A DNA stretch of 43,783 nt from the NCBI GenBank assembly GCA_051277175.1, contig JBNMOF010000001.1, forward strand, positions 1 to 43,783, in the 5' to 3' direction. The notes beneath the pieces are model-generated. The model worked only from the letters and a program-made list of their open reading frames with translations. It had not been told where the DNA came from and did no database searches. Origin of the DNA: Polaribacter sp. Lineage in GTDB: Bacteria > Bacteroidota > Bacteroidia > Flavobacteriales > Flavobacteriaceae. The position numbers and the translations under genes are program-made. Shown here piece by piece: positions 36,854-43,783 of the stretch; position 1 is the first letter of the stretch, and every line of letters begins with the position of its first letter.

Positions 36854-37777
36854 TTACCAGACATCTTTAAATTCAGCTTTGTTTAAGTAAAGTTCTGAAG
36901 TCAATTGACTAAGGCCAGCTTTCTCAATAATATTTAATACTTTTTTTGGCCATGTTTTTCTGAAATTAAATGAATTTAATTTACCGCCAATTTCATGAAT
37001 AAATTTGACTGCAGTTGCATCTTCTAGTAAGATTTTTTTGCCGTGTATTTGTACCAAACTATCCATCAAGTTTCGTCCTTTGCGATATGCCTTTATCCGA
37101 CTTTTTCTGGAGATGAATACTGTTACAAAATCGTTTATATTTTTTATTTGAGCTTTCGCTTTTTCTTTTGGGTGGTATTTAAAATAAGCTAAATTATGCG
37201 GTTTCCCGGCAAATGGTTTTGGTCGGTAATCTTTCTTAAGACTCGGGGGTCTTTCTTCCCAAGTAATATCTTTGGCCCCATATTTAATAATTTCTAAGGA
37301 ATCAAAGAGAATTTTGTTGGTGGCGTTTAACCGCGCTATTTTTAAAGGAGGTAACTCGATATCACCACCTCTTGTACCCAAGCTAAGAATATTACCTGTA
37401 ATTCTTCCAATATAGCCTTGGTTCCATCCAGATTCAAGCCCAGCAATGGCAAGTATTACTGCTGGAGGAACGTTATTTTTTATCGATAATTCCGTAGCTG
37501 ATTTTGCAATTCGACTATAAAAAAGAGTAACATTATTGTATTTTCTTAAACGATACAAACCGGTTTTGGTACTTTTAAGGCTGTTTGATGTAATAATCTT
37601 TTTTTCAGGAATCTTAATTTTTGAGAGAGTTACTGGTTTTACAATTGAATCTAAAACCTTATTAGTAGTAGAATTAATAACATTATTTTTTATGTTGATC
37701 TCTTTTTGTTGAGATTGGTTTTTACAGGAAGCTAAAAATAGGAGTATACTAAAAGCAGCTATTAATAATTTTTTCAT
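36854..37777 (-). CDS. Glucosaminidase (GH73-like, lysozyme fold) domain lipoprotein
   Basis: Lipobox LASC; NVPPAVILAIAGLESGWNQGY...GNILSL resembles the GH73 catalytic helix motif. Confidence 0.7.
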   Translation of the reverse strand: MKKLLIAAFSILLFLASCKNQSQQKEINIKNNVINSTTNKVLDSIVKPVTLSKIKIPEKKIITSNSLKSTKTGLYRLRKYNNVTLFYSRIAKSATELSIKNNVPPAVILAIAGLESGWNQGYIGRITGNILSLGTRGGDIELPPLKIARLNATNKILFDSLEIIKYGAKDITWEERPPSLKKDYRPKPFAGKPHNLAYFKYHPKEKAKAQIKNINDFVTVFISRKSRIKAYRKGRNLMDSLVQIHGKKILLEDATAVKFIHEIGGKLNSFNFRKTWPKKVLNIIEKAGLSQLTSELYLNKAEFKDVW

Positions 37778-37974
37778 GTTTTGTTTTTTTTGGGGTTTAT
37801 GATCGAAATTAACAAGAACTATTTTCTTTCAATTTGTATATAAATGTATTAATTTTTCTGTAAAGCAGTTGTTTGCTCTCTAAAAGGTATTTAATTTTCT
37901 TAACTGATTCCTTTTTAAATGATACTATTTATTTATGTGTCATTTAAAACGAGCAACTGTAAGATCTCTTTTAA

Positions 37975-38005
37975 ACAAAAAAAAACCAAGCTTTCACTTG
38001 GTTTT
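37975..38005 (-). terminator. Intrinsic terminator of the M28 peptidase gene
   Basis: AAAACCAAG-(6)-CTTGGTTTT with A-run on the plus strand (T-run on the minus strand). Confidence 0.7.
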
Positions 38006-38027
38006 AATACGCTATATTAGAAAATAA

Positions 38028-39092
38028 TTACTTAGTTTTTTTCTTTTCTTCTTCTTTAACTTCTGCTTTATCAGCAAAAATTCTTTTGTCCATATTTGCA
38101 ACTTCCCAGGCGGTATGAAAAACCAAACGCGTCCTGTTTTCTAACAATTCATAGTTAATTTTGTCTGGTGTATCTGAAGGTTTGTGGTAATCTGCATGTG
38201 TTCCGTTAAAATAGAAAATAATGGGCACATTGTTTTTTGCAAAGTTATAATGATCTGATCTGTAATAGAATCTATTCGGATCATTTTCATCATTATATTT
38301 ATAGTCTAATGTAATATTCGTGTATTTTTTATTAATTGCTTCCGATACGTTGTGCAGCCCCGTACTTAACTTGTCTGACCCAATTAAATACACATAATTT
38401 GGATCTGATTTATGTCGGTCATCTATTCTACCAACCATATCGATATTCAAATCACAAACCGTATTTGCCAAAGGAAATATGGGAGCTACATCTGTATAAT
38501 ATTTAGAACCTAATAAGCCTTTTTCTTCGCCAGTTACGTGTAAAAATAGTATGGAGCGTTTTGGTCCTTTTCCTGCTTTCACAGCCATTTTAAAAGCTTG
38601 TGCAATTTCTAAAATAGCAACGGTACCAGAACCATCATCGTCTGCACCATTGTATATTTCTCCATCTTTAATTCCCTCATGATCCAAATGTGCCGAAATT
38701 ACTACAATTTCATCTGGTTTTTCAGTTCCTTTTATAAAAGCAACTACATTCTCAGAATCTTTAAAAGTTCCTCTTCGTACGTTTTTATTTATCCATTCTG
38801 CTGGTACTTCTTGAAAATAATCACCATCTCCTAAAGGAGAAACAATACCCTCAGAAACATAAAAGTTTTTTAAATATTCAACAGCTTTTTTCTGTCCAGG
38901 CTCACCAGTGTTTCTTCCTTCAAATGCATCTGAGGCATAAATAAATAAGTGTTTTCCTAAGTCTTTAGCAGTAATTGATGTAGCGAATTTTGCCGCTTGA
39001 TCTATGTTTGCATCAGTACTAGATACATTTTTTTTGTTGGAACCACAAGCCATAAAAGCGAGTGCACTAGCCAAATAAAGTGTTTTTTTCAT
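38028..39092 (-). CDS. M28 family metallopeptidase lipoprotein
   Basis: Lipobox FMAC; SAHLDH, NGADDDGSG, TGEEKGLLGS, LNIDMVGR, RSDHYNF, DYHKPSD. Confidence 0.95.
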   Translation of the reverse strand: MKKTLYLASALAFMACGSNKKNVSSTDANIDQAAKFATSITAKDLGKHLFIYASDAFEGRNTGEPGQKKAVEYLKNFYVSEGIVSPLGDGDYFQEVPAEWINKNVRRGTFKDSENVVAFIKGTEKPDEIVVISAHLDHEGIKDGEIYNGADDDGSGTVAILEIAQAFKMAVKAGKGPKRSILFLHVTGEEKGLLGSKYYTDVAPIFPLANTVCDLNIDMVGRIDDRHKSDPNYVYLIGSDKLSTGLHNVSEAINKKYTNITLDYKYNDENDPNRFYYRSDHYNFAKNNVPIIFYFNGTHADYHKPSDTPDKINYELLENRTRLVFHTAWEVANMDKRIFADKAEVKEEEKKKTK

Positions 39093-39160
39093 CGATTTAA
39101 AAAATATTTTATTGATTGTAATTTGTTATAAAAGTAACCTAAATTTATTGTACTTCAAAA

Positions 39161-39961
39161 CTAGCTTTTGTTAATTACAAACTGTTGTAATGATTTGTTA
39201 AATTTTAACAAGTTGTCAGGAAAAAGTCTGTCAAAAGCATTTTGTAAAATCAGTTCTTCTGTGGTGCCAAATTGAACACTATTTTCGGTAAGTAAAATAA
39301 TTTCATCTGAAAGTTGCAAGGCTAAATTTATTTCATGTGAAGAGATAATAATTGTCTTTTTTGTTTGTTGCACTAACTTCTGAAGTAAAGAAAAAATATT
39401 GATGGTTTGATGCATGTCTAAATGCGCAGTAGGTTCGTCTAGGATAATAACTTCAGTGTCTTGCGCTAATGCTCTTGCTATTAAAACACGTTGCAATTGG
39501 CCATCGCTCAATTCATAAAAACGATTGCTTTTTAAATGGCCTATTTCTGTTTGGTCTATCGCAGTATTTATTTTTTCTAAATCTATTTCTGAGAGGGTAT
39601 CAATCCAATTTGTATAGGGCTGTCTTCCTAGTGCGATTAATTCAAATACTGTCAATTGACTTTCTGGCAGACGTTCTGTTAAAACCAAGCTTAGTTTTTT
39701 AGAAAGCGCATTTTCTGAATAGGTATTCAAGTCCGTTCCTTCAAAATAAATGGTACCAGAAATTGGTTTTTGTACTTTAGAAATGGTTCTTAAAAGGGTC
39801 GATTTTCCGATGCCATTTTTTCCTAAAACACTAATTAATTTTCCTTTTTCTATGGATAGGTTGATATCAGAAAAAATAATTTTGTCTTGTTTTTTCTTTT
39901 GATAACCAATCGTTAGTTTTTCGGTTCTGAGGACGCTATGTTTATTTTTATTCAGTTTCAG
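39161..39961 (-). CDS. ABC transporter ATP-binding protein (FecE/BtuD-like), probable CTG start
   Basis: Frame is open upstream of the ORF-track start and contains Walker A GKNGIGKST; LSDGQLQR, ILDEPTAHLD, SSHE downstream; bounded by TGA at 39976-39974. Confidence 0.88.
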   Translation of the reverse strand: MKLNKNKHSVLRTEKLTIGYQKKKQDKIIFSDINLSIEKGKLISVLGKNGIGKSTLLRTISKVQKPISGTIYFEGTDLNTYSENALSKKLSLVLTERLPESQLTVFELIALGRQPYTNWIDTLSEIDLEKINTAIDQTEIGHLKSNRFYELSDGQLQRVLIARALAQDTEVIILDEPTAHLDMHQTINIFSLLQKLVQQTKKTIIISSHEINLALQLSDEIILLTENSVQFGTTEELILQNAFDRLFPDNLLKFNKSLQQFVINKS

Positions 39962-40118
39962 TGTTTTAGTATTTCAGGGCCTTCAAGTTTAGAATCAAAT
40001 GACCTCCTTTATGTGCCGTTGCTTTATTTTGTATTTAGTTTCAAAGTTTTCCAATTTAGAAAAAAAAACAGGACGTTTACTTTATTTTTTAATTTTTTGA
40101 TTTCAGTTTTAAAATCCC

Positions 40119-41147
40119 TTAGATAAATAACTTCTTTTTACGAATTAACAACCAAATAACAATGGGCGCACCAAATAAAGAAGTAATTGCATTTATGGGT
40201 AAGGTAAATTCACTGGTTGGTAATTGTGCAATTGCATCACAAATTAACATAATAATTGCTCCCAATATGACCACTGCAGGAATTAATGTTTTATGATTAG
40301 AAGTTGTGAAAATCATTCTAGCAATATGTGGAACTGCCAAACCAATAAACGCAATAGGTCCTGCAAAAGCAGTTATTACCCCTGTTAAAACACTTGTAAT
40401 TATTAAAATGATGATTCGATTTCTTTTTACATTTATGCCCAAACTTTTTGCATAATTTTCTCCTAAAAGTAAGCTATTTAATGGTTTTATGATCGCTAAC
40501 GTTGCCAACATCCCAATACTGTAAATAATAATAAAAACGAGGAGTTCATTCCAAGAAAGGTTTCCTAAACTACCAAAACTCCAAAATAAAAATTGTTGAA
40601 TTTGTTGTGCTTCACTAAAATAGGCTAGAACACTTATGATTGCTGATGTTAAACTACCAAACATTAAACCAATAATTAGTATAGACATGGTATTTCTTAC
40701 TTTATTAGCAGCAATAATTACTGCGGATAAAACTAAAAAAGCTCCTAAACTAGAGGCTATTGGTAAAGACCAACTTGAGATTGAGCTCGCCAAGAAAAAG
40801 CTACCAAAAAGAGATCCGCTTAAAATTAACAAAGCAACTCCTAAACTGGCGCCAGAAGAAATCCCTAAAACAAAAGGTCCTGCTAACGGGTTTCTAAATA
40901 AAGTTTGCATTAATAAACCAGCAACCGACAAACCAGAACCGACTAAAATTGCAGTGATTGCCTTTGGTAATCTAAAATATAGAATAATGGTTTGCCAACT
41001 TTCTTTCGCTGCAGTGTTTCCTATTAACGTGTTTAGAATGTCTTCAAATGGAATAGAAACAGAACCTAAACTGATGTTTAGCACAAACAAAATAACTCCT
41101 AGAACTGATAAAAGTATAAAGTATTTTTTGTGCGATTTTTTTTCCAT
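40119..41147 (-). CDS. FecCD/BtuC family iron-siderophore/cobalamin ABC permease
   Basis: RLPKAITAILVG, QTLFRNPLAGPFVLGISSGA, LLGENYAKSLG, GPIAFIGLAVPH, LPINAITSLFGAP. Confidence 0.95.
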   Translation of the reverse strand: MEKKSHKKYFILLSVLGVILFVLNISLGSVSIPFEDILNTLIGNTAAKESWQTIILYFRLPKAITAILVGSGLSVAGLLMQTLFRNPLAGPFVLGISSGASLGVALLILSGSLFGSFFLASSISSWSLPIASSLGAFLVLSAVIIAANKVRNTMSILIIGLMFGSLTSAIISVLAYFSEAQQIQQFLFWSFGSLGNLSWNELLVFIIIYSIGMLATLAIIKPLNSLLLGENYAKSLGINVKRNRIIILIITSVLTGVITAFAGPIAFIGLAVPHIARMIFTTSNHKTLIPAVVILGAIIMLICDAIAQLPTSEFTLPINAITSLFGAPIVIWLLIRKKKLFI

Positions 41148-41241
41148 GCGATTATTACTGTGAAAACGGGAAATTTTATTTTTATTTTAGAATGTATTAT
41201 GGATTTCTGCTCTTAAATTAGAGACGAGAGGCCATAAGTTA

Positions 41242-41820
41242 TCAATAATTTTCTTTTAAAAATTCAACTAACTTTTGAATCGCAACTCCTCTGTGAGAAA
41301 TGGTATTTTTTTCTTTGGAGTTCATGATTGCAAAAGATTTAGAAAACCCTTCGGGTTTAAAAATAGGATCATAACCAAAACCTTTGTCTCCTTGTTTTTC
41401 TCTTAAAATATTACCTTTGCAAATGCCTTCAAAAAAGAACTGTTTCCCATCTAAATTTAAACATATTGCCGTCTTAAATTGTGCTTTTCTATTTTCTTTA
41501 AATTCTAAGTCTGTTAATAATTTTTGCATATTATTCTCAGCGTTCGCAGGCTCTCCAGCAAAACGAGCAGAGTATACACCAGGTTTACCGTCTAAACTTT
41601 CTACTTCTAAACCCGTATCATCGGCAAAGCAATTATATCCAAAATTATGGGTGATGTAATCTGCTTTTAACTTCGCATTTCCCTCTAGAGTGGTTTCAGT
41701 CTCATCAACTTCGTCAAAACAACTGATGTCATTTAAACTTAATATTTCGATAGAATTTGAGAGCATTTCTTGAACTTCCTTTAGTTTATTGAGGTTGTTG
41801 GTAGCGAAGACGAGTTTCAT
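41242..41820 (-). CDS. rdgB: Non-canonical purine NTP pyrophosphatase (RdgB/HAM1)
   Basis: [45 protein letters not shown]. Confidence 0.96.
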   Translation of the reverse strand: MKLVFATNNLNKLKEVQEMLSNSIEILSLNDISCFDEVDETETTLEGNAKLKADYITHNFGYNCFADDTGLEVESLDGKPGVYSARFAGEPANAENNMQKLLTDLEFKENRKAQFKTAICLNLDGKQFFFEGICKGNILREKQGDKGFGYDPIFKPEGFSKSFAIMNSKEKNTISHRGVAIQKLVEFLKENY

Positions 41821-41957
41821 TAAAAATAAATTGATATTTGAACAAATGTAATCATTTTATAAATGTGATTTCATTGTTTGGTTTGCAAAAAAAACATGAA
41901 AAATATACTGTATATTACAAAAAAATATAAATGCTAAAACTACTATTACCATTGGTT

Positions 41958-41973
41958 TGTCGTGGAAATGTCG
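41958..41973 (+). promoter_or_regulatory. TGTCG direct repeat (11-bp period), candidate operator
   Basis: TGTCG at 41958 and 41969 in an otherwise very AT-rich divergent region. Confidence 0.4.
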
Positions 41974-42050
41974 GGTTTAAAACACTTCAAAAAGTTTGTC
42001 AATTTAATTTACAGCGCTAACATTGTATGAAATTTAAAAAATATCACATT

Positions 42051-42812
42051 ATGAAACAGCCACAATTAGGGCAGAAAATTTTAGAGCTTAGAAAGCAAAA
42101 AGGTTTTACGCAAGAAGAATTGGTCGCAAAATGCAATATAAATGTTCGTACAATTCAGCGAATTGAGGCTGGTGAAGTAAACCCAAGAAGTTATACTGTT
42201 AAAATTATTTTAGAAGTTTTAGGGGTAGATTATTTTGAAGAAGAACAAAAAGAGCGTGTCACTTTTACAGTGAAAGAAAAGAAAATATTAAGTTTAGCCT
42301 GGATTTTTGGGGTTGTCCATTTTTTTATTGGATTTTTAGAAACTGCTGCAGATTTTTATCAGTTTACCGATGATATTTCTCTTTTAAATACTTCAATGTA
42401 TATGCTTGTTAAAACAATTTCGGCAATTTCGTTTGTATTCTTTTTTTTAGGATTTTATACGATTGCAAAAAGATACAATAGTCAATTGTTAAAAGTGATA
42501 ACACTACTTTTAATGACAGCATTTGTTATCAGTAATTGTATTGATGTTTTTAGTATGTATTTAATGGATGAAACAATTGCTGTTAGAATTGTTATTGAAT
42601 GTATTTTATTTGGTGGGTTGCAGTTGGTTTTTGGAATCGGAATTTTACAACTTAAAAGTAAATTAGGTCAATTAGCTCAAGTAAACGGAATATTAGAAAT
42701 TATAGTAGGTGCATCTTTAGTTACTGTAATTTTTGCTTCCTTTGGTCTGTTTTTATTAATACCTACAATTATTATAGAAGTACTTTTACTTTATAAATTA
42801 GCAAAAAGGTAG
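42051..42812 (+). CDS. XRE-family HTH regulator fused to a multi-pass membrane domain
   Basis: LGQKILELRKQKGFTQEELVAKCNINVRTIQRIEAGEVNPR followed by about 5-6 hydrophobic helices; start 42051 preferred over the upstream ATG. Confidence 0.88.
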   Translation: MKQPQLGQKILELRKQKGFTQEELVAKCNINVRTIQRIEAGEVNPRSYTVKIILEVLGVDYFEEEQKERVTFTVKEKKILSLAWIFGVVHFFIGFLETAADFYQFTDDISLLNTSMYMLVKTISAISFVFFFLGFYTIAKRYNSQLLKVITLLLMTAFVISNCIDVFSMYLMDETIAVRIVIECILFGGLQLVFGIGILQLKSKLGQLAQVNGILEIIVGASLVTVIFASFGLFLLIPTIIIEVLLLYKLAKR

Positions 42813-42816
42813 CCGA

Positions 42817-43290
42817 TTATTCATGGTGATAGGGTTCATTCTTTAGAATTGTAAAACTTCTATACAACTGCTCTACTATAAAAAGACGAATCATTTGATG
42901 GGAAAATGTCATTTTTGATAAGGATATTTTTCCATTCGATTTTTTATAAACAGCATCAGAAAAACCATAAGGTCCGCCAATAACCAAAACCAGTTGTTTT
43001 ATACCAGTATTCATTTTTTTCTGAAGGTATTGCGAAAATTCCATAGAGGTAAAGTGTTTGCCTTTGTCATCTAAAAGCACCAACTGGTCAGTGTTTTGTA
43101 GTTTTGATAAAAGGAGTGCTCCTTCTTTTTCTTTCTGTTGCACTTCACTCAAATGCTTTACATTTTTGATGTCTGGAATAATTTCTAACTCAAACTTAAT
43201 GTAATGTTTTAGTCTGTTTTGGTATTCTTCAATTAACTGAATTAAGTTTTTATTATCCGTTTTACCAATTGCTAGTAATTTAATTTTCAT
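42817..43290 (-). CDS. rlmH: 23S rRNA (pseudouridine1915-N3)-methyltransferase RlmH
   Basis: MKIKLLAIGK, LLDDKGK, IGGPYGF, SLSKMTFSHQMIRL, EQLYRSFTILKNEPYHH. Confidence 0.97.
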   Translation of the reverse strand: MKIKLLAIGKTDNKNLIQLIEEYQNRLKHYIKFELEIIPDIKNVKHLSEVQQKEKEGALLLSKLQNTDQLVLLDDKGKHFTSMEFSQYLQKKMNTGIKQLVLVIGGPYGFSDAVYKKSNGKISLSKMTFSHQMIRLFIVEQLYRSFTILKNEPYHHE

Positions 43291-43304
43291 AGGTGTTTTA
43301 AATT

Positions 43305-43353
43305 TGTCACTTTGATTGATTTTCGATTTTAAGAGAAAATTATATCAAGAAGT
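43305..43353 (+). repeat. Degenerate flavobacterial REP-like palindromic element
   Basis: TGTCACTTTGATTGATTTTC...GAAAATTATATCAAGAAGT imperfect hairpin resembling the GTCACTTCGAGTG...GTATCGAGAAGT repeat (recalled). Confidence 0.4.
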
Positions 43354-43458
43354 TTTCAATTATAATAGACACAAATCTATCAGTTTTAAAACATAAATTG
43401 AACAGAACTAACAAAAAGTTGAAAATCATTGTTATTTTTACATCAGAATACACAAAAT

Positions 43459-43783
43459 ATGATATCAAAAGATCAGTTTGAAAAAGAATTAGAACTTATT
43501 ATTAGCAATGCGGTGCGGGAAGATATTGGTGATGGAGATCATACATCGCTTTCTTGTATTCCTGCGGATGCCATAGGAAAGGCGAAGTTATTGGTAAAAG
43601 ACGAAGGAATTATTGCGGGTGTTGAATTTGCAAAACAAGTTTTCTCTTATGTAGATGCGCATTTAAAAATAGAAACTTTTATAAATGATGGCCAAAAGGT
43701 TAATTATGGTGATGTTGTTTTTCATGTTTCAGGAAAATCGCAATCTATTTTAATGGCAGAACGGTTGGTTTTAAATGCAATGC
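43459..43783 (+). CDS. nadC: Quinolinate phosphoribosyltransferase NadC (5' part, truncated by window end)
   Basis: Not in ORF track; translates MISKDQFEKELELIISNAVREDIGDGDHTSLSCIP...LLVKDEGIIAG...ILMAERLVLNAM. Confidence 0.93.
   Translation, partial: MISKDQFEKELELIISNAVREDIGDGDHTSLSCIPADAIGKAKLLVKDEGIIAGVEFAKQVFSYVDAHLKIETFINDGQKVNYGDVVFHVSGKSQSILMAERLVLNAM

Noticed and set aside
37938-37968. TGTCATTTAAAACGAGC...AGATCT as a REP-like copy
   Set aside because: Too degenerate; no clear palindrome.
39730-39961. ABC ATPase as a frameshifted pseudogene
   Set aside because: The missing N-terminus is in the same frame without stops; only the start codon is non-standard.
1325-40126. Many short ORF-track entries antisense to or overlapping real genes (e.g. 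1325..1528, 1938..2168, 4658..4921, 14248..14492, 26631..26852, 39938..40126)
   Set aside because: Shadow ORFs of well-supported genes; no motifs or initiation context.
40636-41163. 175-aa plus-strand ORF
   Set aside because: Antisense shadow of the hydrophobic ABC permease.

Overview
AT-rich chromosomal window from a marine-type Flavobacteriaceae bacterium (Polaribacter-like by gene content and style; inference). Bacteroidota markers are TAnnTTTG promoters, SusC/SusD and T9SS C-terminal domains. The left 24.7 kb is dominated by a beta-glucan (laminarin-type) utilisation system: a membrane-anchored beta-propeller/Y_Y_Y/LuxR regulator, SusC, SusD, a DUF4959/DUF5000-type surface lipoprotein, GH5-CBM6-CBM6, GH16, GH30 and a sugar porter. 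It also has two non-catalytic T9SS-secreted proteins built from repeats of the same CBM-like module. One of these (111..1820) lies outside the PUL but carries the same TTGTA(G/T)AGGT box at the same 40-bp offset from its -7 promoter element as the PUL promoter, which suggests a split regulon. The right 19 kb is mostly core genes: mnmE, dps, DUF4268, miaE, sulP, usp, a cation:proton antiporter, dnaX, msrA, a GH73-like protein, an M28 peptidase, a FecCD/E-type ABC pair, rdgB, an XRE-membrane regulator, rlmH and partial nadC. Non-obvious signals there include an A11 slippage site in dnaX with stops in both shifted frames, an ABC ATPase that needs a non-AUG (CUG) start, a probably leaderless mnmE, an SD-like element before dps, and a Flavo-1-like structured RNA/repeat. 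No rRNA, tRNA, CRISPR, integrase or transposase was seen. All family assignments come from motif recognition by eye, not from database searches.
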